A DNA stretch of 64,000 nt, taken from Sphyrna mokarran (Eukaryota). Numbering within the stretch: position 1 is the stretch's first letter; each line of letters opens with the position of its first letter. Both the position numbers and the translations under genes were made by a program. Positions 37,140 to 50,260 of the stretch are shown one piece after another. The stretch lies in assembly GCA_024679065.1 (NCBI GenBank), contig JAGIQG010000003.1:40362001-40426000 (forward strand), given 5' to 3'. The notes under the pieces are model-generated. The model was not told where the DNA came from. It was given only the letters and a program-made list of their open reading frames with translations, and searched no databases.

Positions 37140-40100
37140 ATTGGCTGTGGGTTTTTTTTCAAAAATTTCTTCATTGGATGTAGGCATCACTGGCCACATT
37201 AGCATTTATTGCACATCCCCTAACTACCCTTCAGAAGTTGGTGATGAGTTGCCTTTTTGAACCATTGCAGTCCATGTGGTATAGGTACAGTCACAGTGGT
37301 TTTAGGGGAGTAGTTGTAGAATGAGTGAAAGAATGGCAAAATAGTTTGAAGTTAGGATGGTGTGTGACTTGGAGAGGAATTTGCAGTGTTACAGTTCCTA
37401 TGCATCTGTTACCAGCGTTCCAAGTAGTAGAGGTGATAGGTTTGGAAGATGCTGCCGCAGGTGCCTTGGTGAGTTGATGCAGTGCATTTTGTAGATGTTA
37501 CATGCTGCTGCCACTCTGTATTGATAGTAGAGGGAATGAACATTTAAGGCAATGGCATTTCTGGCCAAAGATGGTTGCAAATACTTCAACCTTGTCTTTT
37601 GCATTGATGTGCTGGTTCCCCCATCATTGAGGATTTAGATATTTGTGGAGCTTCCTCGTTCAGTTATTTGTCCACCAGCATTCATTCAGGGTGTGTCAGG
37701 ACTGCAAACTTGGATCTGACTTGCTGATTGGTTCATTACTTAACTCTGTCTATCACGTGCTGCTATTGCTATTTGACATGCAAGTTGTCCTATGTTGCAG
37801 CTTCACCAGGTTGACACCTCCTTTTTAGGTATGTCTGGTGCTGCTCCAGATATGCTCTCCTGCACTCTTCATTGAATGAGGGATAATCTCCCAGCCTGTT
37901 GGTTATGGTAAAGTGGGGAATATGATGGACCATTATGTTACATACTGTGGCTGAATACAATTATGCTGTTGCTAAGCCCACAGTGTCCCATGGATGCCCC
38001 TTAGCAAGGTGGTAATGCCACATAACATGATGGAGACAGGACTTTGCCTCCACAAGGACTGTGTGGTGGTGACCCCTACCAATGCTCAGATCCAATGACG
38101 AATGGATTGGTGAGGATGAGGTTTTTCCCTCTGGAATCCTCATCACCCACGACAGGCCCAGTCCTTTATGATACAGCCAGGGAGTGAATAGGACCTCTTA
38201 AAGATTAACAAGGTTATCTATGTGCGCATCCACAAAAGATGGGTGAGATCCTAATTGAATATTTCTCATCAGTATTCACTGTTGAGAAAAATATAATGTA
38301 CGGGGACTTGGGAAAATAAATAGTGATGTCTTGACGAGTGTACATATTGTAGAGAAGGAGGTGCTGGAAGTTGTAAAGCACATCAAGGTAGATAAATTCC
38401 TGGGACTTGATGACGTGTATCCCAAGACACTGTGGAAGGCTGGGAAGGAAATTGGGGATGCCCTAGCCAAGATATTTGAATCATTCTTAGTTACAGGTGA
38501 GGTGCCTGAAGATTGGAGGATGACAAATGTTGTGCCTTTGTTTAAGAAGGGCTGCAGAGAAAAGCCAGGGAACTACAGGCCAGTGAGCTTTACATCTGGG
38601 GTGGGTAAATTTGTTGGAAAGTATTTTGAGAGACGGGATCTCTAGGCATTTAGAGATATAAGGACTGATTTGGGGCAGTCAACATGACTTTGTGAGTGGA
38701 AAACTATGTCTCATAAATTTGATTGAGTTTTTTGACAGGGTAACCAAAAAGGTAAATCAGAGCAGTGCAATTGATGTTGTCTACATGGACTTTGGCAAAG
38801 CCTTTGACAAGCTACCTCATGATAGGTTGTTGCATAACGTTAAATCTTATGGGATCCAGGGTGAGGTAGCCAATTGGATACAAAATTGACTTGATGACAG
38901 AAGACAGAGGGTGCTAACTTCCTACTCATTGCTTTTCTTGCTTGATGAACATCTTTTCAAACTAGGGACCTGTGACTAGTGGTGTGCCTCAGTGATTGGT
39001 GTTGGGTCCACTGTCATTAGGCATTTATATTAATAATTTGGATAAGAATTTGGTAGACATGGTTAGTAAGTTTGCAGATGACACCAAGATTGGTGGCATA
39101 GTAAACAATGAAGGAAGTTATCTCAGATTGCAACGGGATCTTGATCAATTGAGCCAGTGGGCTGATGAACAGCAGAGGAGTTTAATTTAGATAAATGAGA
39201 GGTGATGCACTTTGATTTATCAAACCAGGGCAGGACTTACTCAGTTAATGGTAGGGGACTAGGGAGAGTTATGGAACAAAATAGATCTAGAGGTAGAGGT
39301 TCATAGCTCCTTGAATTTGGAGTCATAGATAGGCAGAATGGTGAAGACGGCATTCGGCATGCTTTGTTTCATTGGTCAGAACATTAAATACAGGAGTTGG
39401 GATGTCTCGTTGAAGTTGTGCAGGATATTGGTAAGACTACACTTGGAATACTGTGTCAGTTTTGGTCACCCTATTATAGAAAGGATATTATTAAACTAGA
39501 AAGAGTGCAGAAAAGATTTACTAGAATGCTACTGGGACTTGATGATTGAGTTTTAAGGAGAAACTGGATAGACTGGGACTTTTTTCTCTGGAGCATAGGA
39601 GGCTGAGGAATGATCTTACAGAGTTCTATAAAATATTGAGGGGCATAGATCAGCTAGATCGTCAATATTGTTTCCTCAATGCAGGGGAGTCTAAAACTAG
39701 AGGGCATAGGTTTAAGGTGAGAGGGGAGAGATACAAAAGAATCCAGGAATTAGTTTCACACAGAGGATGGAGAATGTATGAAACAGAGTTTCATGCCAGA
39801 GTTAGTAGTAGAAGAGGGTACATTCTTGTCTTTTAAAAAGCGTTTAGACAGTTACATGGGTACGATGAGTATAGAGGGATATGGGCCAAATGCAGGCAAT
39901 TAGCACTAGCTTTGGGGTTAAAAAAGGGGCAGCATGGACAACTTGTGCTGAATGGCTGTTTCCACGTTGTAAACATCTATGACTCTCTGACTTAGCAAAG
40001 TCGACAATGTTGTGTTTGTTGTTGTTGATTCAAGTGCCTAGGTCAAAGCTAGGTGATCAGGTTTTATTCTTTGTGACTTTGAAGTGGTTTGATACAACTG

Positions 40101-40340
40101 GGTAGCTCACTAGGCCATCTGAGAAGGAATTTGACAGTTGTGAATCTGGAGTCAAATGTATACCAGGCCAGATAAAAATGGCTGATTTCCTTCGTGAACC
40201 AAGTGGGATTTTACAACAATGACTACTTTTAATTCCTGAATTATTTAAATTCTACCAGCCGCCGTGGTGGGATTTGAATCCATTTTTTCAGAGCATTAGG
40301 TTACTAATCCAGTGACATTATCACTATGCCATCACCACCT
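37140..40340 (-). mobile_element. Internally deleted L2/CR1-group LINE with SINE-like 5' end, split by a CR1
   Basis: 3' tail at 37140-37230; endonuclease-like remnant SIGRGHHHTVLVEAKS; sequence resumes after 39990 into the SINE-like body. Confidence 0.6.
38190..39988 (+). mobile_element. CR1/HER1 LINE, 5'-truncated and degenerate
   Basis: [40 protein letters not shown]; ctatgact tail. Confidence 0.92.
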
Positions 40341-40889
40341 CAGCAAAGCCAGCGTTTAGAATCCCTTCTACTCCAACTGAATGGCTTGCTGGGTCACTTC
40401 AGAGGGCAGTTAAGAGTAAACTCTATTGCAGCACAAAGCAAGGTTTTCTGATTTAATTACATTCAGAATATATAATTACAAATGATATTCCCACTCCAAT
40501 TTACCACTGTCCTAGGAAGGGATATAGTCATTAAACTGTACATCATCCCTCTGTACACTGACATCATGAGACCAAGAACCCACCCAGAGCAGAGATTTGC
40601 GAAAGACCTGTCACTATGGAAACCACTAACACTCATGACATTACTCACCTGAAATTTAGGTCAATCAAAATTATAATTTAAAAGTACATATATTTATTCC
40701 AGTTATTATTTTATTTTGAATAATTAACATAATATTTCAGTAGTAACACATATTATTTGATTTTATTCAAATGATAGTTTATTATTCTCTCTTCTTGAGG
40801 AGTTCTGGAGTCTTAGATTTTTATACTCATTGAATAGACTGCTATCTAATTGACAAGGTCTTGGTTGGAAAATCATCAATGGATTAGGG

Positions 40890-41215
40890 GAGGCACTGGT
40901 GCAGGTATTATTACTGGACTGGTAATTTGGAGACTCAGGGCATGACCGGGGACCCAGATTCAAATCCCACCATGGTAAAATTTATATTCGATAAATATCT
41001 GGAACTAAAATGAAATCATTGCAGTAAAAGCCCATATGGTCAGTAGTGTCCTTTAGAGAATGAAATCTGCCATCCTGACTTCATCTGGTCTACATGTGAC
41101 CCCAGATCTACAGCAATGTTATTGACTCTCACATGCTTTCTGAAATGGAGGGCAGTTAGGAATAGGCAATAAATACTGGCCTAGTCAGCAATGCCCACAT
41201 CCTGCATGATGGATT
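40890..41215 (+). mobile_element. tRNA-derived shark SINE (possibly MetaSINE-type)
   Basis: ttcaaatcccaccatgg B-box, gtcctttag..aatctgccatcct core, gcaataaatactggcc tail. Confidence 0.75.
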
Positions 41216-41819
41216 TTAAAAAATGTTGTTGTGAATAGCCTGAATGTTGCAGCAATGGACTATCACATGAAAATCAATGTGCTTTTAACCAAAGTTTTGA
41301 AGGATTCTCAGCAAATTAATAAATGAGGAACATTTGGTTCAGCTGAGACACAGCAGCATAAAGATTAAGGATGGCAGTTGTGCCCAGGAAGCAAGCGCTA
41401 GAGTTACATTGAGACAATTACATTTCCTAGAAGGAAGTTGAATATTGACTGGTCAATTAGATAGAGAACTGAAGAAAAGAATAGGGAGCAATTTGATATG
41501 AAGTGGTGTGCTGTACTGAAATATGGGCTTTGAGGAAATAGGAGGCCTGGAATTGGTTCTGTAAGTTCTATAGAATATGGATACAACCTGGGGAGTTTGG
41601 AGATTTGAGTTTGGAGATTCTTGGATAAAGTAAAATGGTTGGACAACAGAAGTAAAGAATTGACATCGATACCATATGCACAGAGTTTCATATAGAAGAA
41701 TGTGTCAGTGCAGACTTGATGGGCTGAAGGGCCTTTTCTACACTGTATGATTCTATGAAAATAAATTCTTTGAAAGCAAATTCATTGGATTGGGCATTCA
41801 CTAAGAAGGGATGTGATTT

Positions 41820-42280
41820 TATTATTGATTTGTGGAATATGGGCTCATTTGGTAGGCCAGCATTTATTGCTCATTCGTAATTGCCCTTGAGAAGATGGTG
41901 GTGAGTTGCCTTCTTGAACCGCTGCAGTTGATGTGATGTAAGTACACTCAGTGGTGTTACAGAGAGAGTCTCAGGATTTTGACTCAGTGATGGTGAAGGA
42001 AAGGTGATATATTTCCAAGTGGTGAATGACTTGGAGGAGAACTTCCAGGTGGTGGATTTCTTGTATATCTGCTATCCCGTCCTTGCACCTTTAGATGGTA
42101 ATGCTCATGGGTTTAGAAGATGTTATCTAAGGAGCCTTGGTGAGTTCTTCTGGCACATCTTGTAGATGGTATACACTGTTGCTATTGTGCATCAATGGTA
42201 GAGGGAGTGAGTATTAGTGGATGAAGTGCCAATCAGACAGGTTGCTTTGTCCGAGATGTCAAGTTTCTTGACTGTTGTTC
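41820..42280 (-). mobile_element. L2/CR1-group LINE 3' fragment
   Basis: ggccagcatttattgc...ttgcccttgagaagatggtggtgag...catcttgtagatggtatacact. Confidence 0.75.
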
Positions 42281-42349
42281 CTTGAGAATGATGATAGAGA
42301 GAAAAAAAAACACAAAGAGAAAATGGTAGATTCTAGAAACTGGAAGAAT

Positions 42350-42850
42350 TAGGAAATAGATACAGCAATGGGCTATTCAGCCTCTTGAATCTGTTCTGCC
42401 TTCAGTGGGATCGTAGATTATCTAAATCTTGCTTTGGTAATTTCACTTCATGCTTTTGGCTCACAAATCTCTATTGATTTGAGATTTAGAATGATTAATT
42501 AATCTCATGTCTACTTTTTTGATGGAAGAGGGTTCCACACCACTACCACCTTTTTTATGACAATGTATTTCATTCCTGAATGGTTTGGCTCTGATTTTAA
42601 AGTTATATACGTAGCTAGGTCTTAGTCTTGCCAATCTGTGGAAAATGTTTCTTACTACCTACTCCATCAATTCCTTTCCGGGGTCTGAAACCCTCAATCA
42701 AATAGCCTTTCAATATTTTATATTGCAAGGAATACCAGCCAAGTTTATGCAATCTCTCACAACTGAACAATGGAGCTCTGGTAAGATTCTGGTGAATCTG
42801 CATGGCAGTGCATCCAGGTTAATACTTTTTTCATACGACGTAAGGCCCAG
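42350..42850 (-). mobile_element. Old CR1 LINE 3' fragment
   Basis: RFTRILPEL; ERLHKLGWYSL..LKGYLIE. Confidence 0.65.
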
Positions 42851-42855
42851 AACTG

Positions 42856-43360
42856 ATTTTATTTGATTTAATTTATTATTGTCATATGTATTGGGATACA
42901 GCATAAAGTATTATTTTTTGCACACTATACAGGCAAAACATAGCGTTCATAGAGTACTTAGAGGAGAAGGAAAGAATAGGATGCAGAATACAATCTTACA
43001 GTTACAGGTAGTGAAAGATCAGCTTAGTATGTGGTAGGTCTGATGGCAGCAGGGAAGAAGCTGTTCTTGAGTAGTTGGTATGTGATTTCAGACTTTTATA
43101 TCTTTTTCTTAATGGAAGAAACTAGAAGAGAGTATATCTGGGGTGTGTGGGTTCCTTGATCATGCTGGCTGCATTTCTGAGGCAGCAAAAAGTGTAGGCT
43201 GAGTCAATGGATGGGAGGCTGCTTTGCATGATGGACCTGGCTAAGTTCACAACCCTTTGTAATTTTTTACAGTCTTGGTCAGAGCAGGAACTATACCAAG
43301 CTCTAATACATCTGGAAAGATTTACTTTGATTTATTACTGTGATACATCCAGAAAGGTGT
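42856..43360 (-). mobile_element. Rex1/Babar-type LINE 3' fragment
   Basis: Same tail and body as 11897-12637. Confidence 0.8.
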
Positions 43361-44044
43361 TGTAAATTAAAGATTGTATTGTCAACCTCTTTTTTTACTT
43401 AACAGTCGACTCTAATACACTAAAATTTGAAGATCATGAGATATATAAACTAGAAAAAGCTATGTGGCTGAATTTTAATCTATCCAGAACAACCATACTT
43501 CCCCATTGTATCTTATTGTTTCTTGAATGATTCAAGGTTTTTGTTTCCATCGCTGAGGAAGCCTTTTCCAAGCGTTCACCTTTCTGTGCAAAAGAACTTG
43601 CTGATATTACTTGAAAGGTTGTTTTTTATTAATGCAAAGATGTATTCCTGATCCAACATTCACATTTCATAATTTAAAATATATTTTAGGATTATCCTTT
43701 CCCATGGCATTTGCAATTTGATATATTTCTACGAGGTTGCCTCCTTAGATGTCTTGACCCCAAAAATATTCAGCCCACTGTATTCTCTCAATTGTCGATC
43801 ATATCCTTTAATGTTAATGGGAAACAGCAGTATTCCCAAAACTGAACCCGAGGGCACTGCACAATACTGTACTGCTGCACTCTGAAATTAACTCTCTAAC
43901 CCCAATCCACTTTTTTCAAACCTCAGCAAATGTTTGCCCATACCCAAATTTCATCCTGAATCCCCACACCTTTAATTTTACCTAATAGTCTATCATGTGG
44001 AATTTTGTGAAACACTTTTTAAAAGTCTAAATGTTGTATGTTCT

Positions 44045-46204
44045 CATAGAATTATAGAATCTCTACAGTGCAACGGAGGCCGTTGGGCCCATCAAGTCTG
44101 CACTGACTCTCTACGAGAGCATCTTTCCCAGGCCCAGCTACCACCCTATCCTCATATCCTCACTCATTTACCTTACTAATCCCCTAACCTACACATCTTA
44201 CGCCACAAAAAGGCAATTTAGCATGGCTAATCCACCTAACCTGCACATAGAACCATAGAACATTACAACACAGAAACAGGTCTTTTTGCCCTTCTTGACT
44301 GTGCTGAACCATTTTTCTGCCTAGTCCCACTGACCTGTACCTGGATCATATCTGTCCACACACCTCTCATCCATGTACCTGTCCAAGTTTTTCTTAAATG
44401 TTAAAAGTGAGCCCGTATTTACCACTTCATCTGGCAGCTCATTCCACACTCTCAGCACTCTCCCTTCAAACTTTTCCCCTTCACCCTTAATCCATGTTCT
44501 CTAGTTTTTTTTCTCCCCTATCCTCAGTGGAAAAAAGTCTGCTTGCATTCATTCTATCTATACCCATCATAATTATCTATACCCATCATAATTTTATACA
44601 CCTCTATCAAATCTCCCCACATTCTTCTAGCTCCAGGGAATAAAGTCCTAACCTATTCTACCTTTCACTGTAAGTCAGTTTCTCAAGCCCTTCTCTGCAG
44701 TCTTTCAACCTTATTAATATCCTTCCTCTAATTAGGTGACCAAAACTGCACACAATACTCTAAATTCGGCCTCACGAATGTCTTATACAACCTCACCATA
44801 ACATTCCAACTCTTATACTCAGTACTGTGATTCATAAAGGCCAATGTTCCAAAAGTAATCTTTACGATCCTATCTACCTTTGACACCACTTTTACAGAAT
44901 TATTTATCTGTATTCCCAGATCTCTCTGTTCTATTACACTCTTCAGTATCCTACCATTTACCTTGTATGTTCCACTTTGATTTTTCCTTCCAAAATGCAA
45001 TACTTCACATTTGTCTGCATTAAATTCCATTTGCCATTTTTCAGTCCATTTTTCTAGCTGGTTCAAATCCCTCTGCAAGCTTTGAAAACCTTCCTCACTG
45101 TCCACTATATCTCCAACCTTTGTATCATCAGCAAATTTGCTGATCCAGTTTACCACATTGTCATCCAGATCATTGATATGGATGACAAACAACAAGGGAC
45201 CCAGCTCTGATCCCTGTGGCACATAACTAGTCACAGGCCTCCATTCAGAGAAGCAATCCTCCACTACCACTCGCTGACTTCTTTCATTGAACTAATGTCC
45301 AATCCAATTTACAACCTCTCCATGTATACCTAGCGACTAAATCTTCCTAACTAACCTCCCATGTGGGATCTTGTCAAAGGCCTTATTTAAATCCATGTAG
45401 ACAACATCCTTCCCTTCATCCATGTTTCTGGTAACCTCCTGGAAAAATTCTAAAAAGATTGGTTAAATATGGCCTTCCATGCACAAAGCCATATTGACTC
45501 TCCATAATAAGTCCCTGTCTATCCAAGTATTTGGTAGATCCTATCTCTTACTACTCCTTCCAATAATTTACCTATTACTGACGTCAAGCTTGCCGGCTGA
45601 TAGGTTCCTGGATTACTTTTTGAGCCTTTTTTAAACAACGGAACAACATGAGCTATCCTCCAATCATCTAGCACCTCACCCGTGGATACATGGATACTGA
45701 CATTTTAATTATATCTGCCAGGGCCCCTGCAATTTCAACACTAGTCTTTTTCAAGGTCCACAGAATACCCTGTTAAGTTCTAGGGATTTATCTACTCTGA
45801 TTTGCCTCAAAAAAGCAAGCACCTCCTCTTCTTTAATCTGTATAGGTTCCATGACCTCCTTATTTGTTTGCCTTATTCGCATAGAGTCCATGCCAATTTC
45901 CTTTGTAAATATGGATGCAAAAAATCCATTTAATATCTCCCCCATTTCTTTTGGTTCCATACAGAGCCAGCCACTCTGATCTTCAAGAGGACCAATTTTA
46001 TCCCTTACTATCCTTTTGCTCTCAATATCTCTGTAGAACCTGTATACACCTTAAGACTGAGAGGAAACCAGAGCACTTGAAAGAAACCCACACGGACATG
46101 AGGAGAATATATAAACTCCACACAGGCAGTCACCCAAGGCTGGGATCAAACCCGGGTTCCTGGTGTTGTGAAGCAACAGTGCTAACCATTGTACTGCTGC
46201 TGCC
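44045..46204 (-). mobile_element. HE1 SINE split in two (44045-44247 and 46037-46204) by a CR1 LINE
   Basis: The SINE 3' half ends aacctgcaca; the 5' half resumes aacctgtata...gaggaaaccagagcac. Confidence 0.85.
44246..46036 (-). mobile_element. CR1/HER1 LINE, 5'-truncated
   Basis: ORF 44728-45270: [39 protein letters not shown]; (catagaac)n tail. Confidence 0.93.
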
Positions 46205-47756
46205 CATTCAGGGATGTGGTCACATTATTGCTGTCAACAGGTTCAAGCACTTCTATTTAACACTCAGTTTCACCAGTATCTGATGATTGGTGCTTGTATT
46301 AGGTCAGTGAGCATATACACATTGTTAAGTGAAACACTACATGTTGGCATTCAAAATCATTCTATGAGTTCATTGGCAAGTAAGCGCTATTTGCCTTTTT
46401 ATTTCTACTCAAAGAATAAAAAAGCACGACTACTGTTAAACAAAACCATAGCATCAGGATTCCCACATTTAGCATTAATATCCGTCCTACCCTTTTGAAT
46501 ACTGGAGTTAACGTGCCACAATACTCTCAAACACAATGTTTTTCTTTTCAAATAAAAAATTTCTTCGTTCAGACTACAGAATTGACCTGACGTACATAGA
46601 GTCTCACCAAGATCAGGTGACTGCAGGATCACGCACTCAAATATAATCATCTAATTTTATATCATCAACTGTATTGATCAACCATTAACCTGCAACCGAA
46701 AGCCCATCATTCAATCATATAGATATCGTGTATGCTGACCTCAAATTGCTTGGGTGTTGGTTTGTGATCTCTTGCATTACTTGGTTTTGACTCTCTGGCT
46801 TCCCTTATCATGGCAGCCATGAACAAACCAAGCAAATATAACATTCCCAGCTTTTGAGAGGCACCTATTTTCACTTTTCCCAGAGGAAAGCAAGTCTTTT
46901 TGTGTTTACAACATTTCAACCAGATACAACCTTGGTATTGGTACACATATTTACTCTCTGCCTTTGTGTGTCTAACATTCATTTTTGCCTACTGTCAGGA
47001 TCCTGTTAATTCTTTGCTAGCCTAAATAGCTAACACAACTTAATTACCCTCATAGCCTAGCTTGTCCTCATGTGAATCAGCAATCATCAAGACTAATTGC
47101 AACATGAGCTTGCTGGGATTAAAGGTACAATGACAATTTGGATAGGAAATTATCTAAGGTTTATAAGGAGAGAAGCAGTGAATGACTGCTGTTCTGACTA
47201 GATGGAAACCGTATTCCTTAGGAATTGATAATAAAACTATTCCTCTTTTTGATATATATTAATGATATGAATATGGATATAATTTCAACATTTGCAAATA
47301 GCAACAAATGTAATATACAACGAAGAAGGTAGTAAGAGACTTCAAGAGGATGTAAACAGACTGATGGAAAAGGGCAGATACATGATCTGAAATTCAATGC
47401 AGGGAAGTGTGAAGTGAAACATTTTGGCAGGGAGAATGTTAACAGGCAACATAAGCCAAACATCACAATTTTAACATGGTTGCAAAAACAGAAACGTAGG
47501 GGCATATATTCACAAAACCTTGGACATGACAGGACAAGTTGAGAAAGGTGTTAAAAAAGAATATGGGACTTTTTACTTTATTAATAGAGACATTGATTAC
47601 AAAAACAAGAAGTTACACTAAACCTTCATAAAACCCTGATGAGTCCTCATCTGGGGTCATGTGTTACTTCCAGACATCATTTTTCAGGATGTCAAGATCT
47701 TAGAGAATGTGCAGAAGAGGTTTACTCAAATGCTATCAGGGATGAGGAAAATATAG

Positions 47757-48540
47757 AAGATGGAAAAGTGTGAGGTTAGGCACTTTGGAAGGAGGGATGG
47801 AAGGATAGACTATTTTCTAAATGGGGAAATGCTTAGGAAAACACAAAGGGACTTGGGAGTTCTTGTTCAAGATTTTCTTAAGGTTAACGTGTAGGTTCAG
47901 TCAGCAGTTAGGAAGGCAAATGCAATGTTAGCATTCATGTTGAGAGGTCTAGATACAAAAGTAGGGAAGTACTTTCGGGGCTGCACAAGGCTCTGGTTAG
48001 ACTCCATTTGGAGTATTGTGAGCAGTATCTAAGGAAGGATGTGCTGACCTTGGAAAGGATCTAGAGGTGGTTCGGAAGAATGACTCCTAGAACGAAGAGC
48101 TTGTCATATGAGGAGCAGTTGAGGACTCTGGCTCTGTACTCATTTGGAGTTTAGAAGAATGAGGGGGGGGTGTCTTATTGAAACTTATAGGATACTGTGA
48201 GGCCTGGATAGAGTGGATGTGGAGAGGATGTTTCCACTAAGAGGAAAAACTAGAACCTGGGACACAACATCAGACTAAAGGGACGATCCTTTAAAACTGA
48301 GATGAGCAGGAACTTCTTCTGTCAGAGAGTGGTCAATCTCTAGAACTTTTTGCCACAGAAGGATGCGGAGGCCAAGTCATTGTTTTTAAGACAGAGATAT
48401 ATAGGTTCTTGATTAGTAAGGGAATCATGGATTATGTGGAAAAGGCAGGAGAATGGGAATGAGAAAAATATCAGTCATGATTGAATGGCAGACCAAACTC
48501 AATGGACCAAGTAGTCTAATTCTTCTCCTATGTCTTATGA
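47757..48540 (+). mobile_element. CR1 LINE 3' fragment
   Basis: aagtgtgaggtt..gcactttgg ... cctatgtcttatg tail. Confidence 0.85.
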
Positions 48541-48627
48541 GAGACTTCAATTATGGTGGACAGACCAGATCAGCTGAGGATGCTCTTTTTAGAGCAGAAG
48601 ATGTTCAAAAATTAATGATACAATCAA

Positions 48628-48928
48628 TCACAGAATCCCTACAGTGCAGGAGGCCATTCAGCCCACACTGACAACAATCCTACCCAGGCCCTATTTTCAT
48701 AACCCCACATATTTATCCTGCTAACCCCCCAACACGAAGGGGCAATTTATCATGGCCAATCAACCTAACCCACACATTTCTGGAGTGTGGGAGGAAACCG
48801 GAGCACTGGAGGAAACCTATGCAGGCATGGGGAGAACTCCACACTGACAGTGACCCAAGGCTGGAATTGAACCCAGATCTCTGGTACTGTGAGGCAGCAG
48901 TACTAACCATTATGCCACTATGCTGCCC
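48628..48928 (-). mobile_element. HE1-type V-SINE
   Basis: cagaatccctacagtgcagg tail; gtgaggcagcagtactaaccattatgccac head (reverse). Confidence 0.9.
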
Positions 48929-49179
48929 AGGTGAATGATGGATGGCTTTGATTGAGTAAATGGGGAGGAACCAGTGATAGAAAGGCTAATAAGCAGAGAA
49001 TACAGATTTATGATGTTTGGCAAATGAACCAAAGGCAACATGTGAAAACTGTTTTTTTCTTAGACAAATGAGTTGTGATGTGGAAGGCAAGCTTCTTTTA
49101 CAAATGAAGGGAGATATACAGAGATATGGAGGAAGAATGGGGGTAATTGGAGAGCTGTAGCTAGCGAGGAACCAGTTTA

Positions 49180-50260
49180 AGATCGATGGGGCGTAAGACC
49201 TGGTTGAGGGCTGAAGCACTTCGCAGCGAGTTCCTCCACCCTCCACTCCCCACCCCCACCCCGCTGCTGCAGTCTAGGTTGTGTGTCTTCATTGCAAATT
49301 GATATGGTCGAGTAGCGAACTGCTAATACCCGCACATCGGGAGCCCAGAGCAGACCTTTCCAGCTTATTACGATGCAATCTGTCAAAAGGATCCTGACAT
49401 ACATCAGCTTGCTGTTTGTTTCCCAGCGCCTGAGGTCCGATAATAATAACAGGCAGCCGAACGCCTAAGTGAATCCTCTTTGGTGGGCGATTATTCTAAA
49501 CAACTGCTGTGCCCTGCGATTGTATCCTCCGAGTTTTGAGTGCGAGATTAATTTGTTGTTTGTGAGTCTTTCACAACTTATCCGCTCGGCAGTTAAAGAG
49601 CGTGTCAAGAAAGCATGCATCCTACTGGTGCCGGGGAGAGGAGAAAAATGTGAGATAGCAGCTGGGGGGCTTGGCCAGGACGGAGGAGGAGCTGCTGCTT
49701 CATAATGTGTAAAAAATCTGTAAGGCAACCAAAGGGAAATTCGAGCTGCAGAACCTTCCAAGTGCTGAGTTTTTTAAAGAGTTAAAATCACTGCAGATTT
49801 GGCGGAAGGAGGGAACTGTAAAGTAGGGGGAAAAAGCTTAATGCTGTATGAAAAGCTTTCAACATTTTGTATGGGCACTGTGTCATTCGCTGCCTCGCAT
49901 CAATCTTCGTTTCATTCACTGGCACTTATCTGGAAGCATTCGAGTACCTGTGATGCGATGTTTTGCTAATTGCTGTCTCTCTGGATTAAACCAACAGCTC
50001 TCTTTGCTGCTCCGCAAGTGTTGTAGACTAGTGCAAAAGCAGCTGGGTTTGTTGACTTGAGGTTAGCATTTTCGTTCGGCACCGTTAACAAAACAAAAAA
50101 AAAATGCAAGTCTCAATCGCTTGCACCGATCACAATTTGAAGGCAAGAAGTAACGAGGACAGGCACAAGCAGAACCCCAGCAGCCCGAAATTAGGGAATG
50201 GGGCCCGTGCAAAATTTCGGACGGTTGCTATCATTGCCCGGAGTCTGGGACACTTCATAC
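49180..50260 (+). promoter_or_regulatory. CpG-retaining island; probable Kvbeta1.1 promoter/5' UTR
   Basis: About 40 CpGs in ~1.1 kb (hand count) against a strongly depleted background; repeat-free; overlaps the start of the KCNAB1 exon. Confidence 0.75.

Larger units (their letters stand above)
47100..49160 (+). mobile_element. Old CR1 LINE interrupted by a younger CR1 and an HE1 SINE
   Basis: Degenerate RT remnants 47100-47748 resume at 48540 (gagacttcaattatg) and again at 48930. Confidence 0.6.

Noticed and set aside
44556-44595. Short tandem duplications (also ~59382-59402, ~43305-43360)
   Set aside because: Ordinary slippage duplications, mostly inside decayed repeats; no array or CRISPR-like structure
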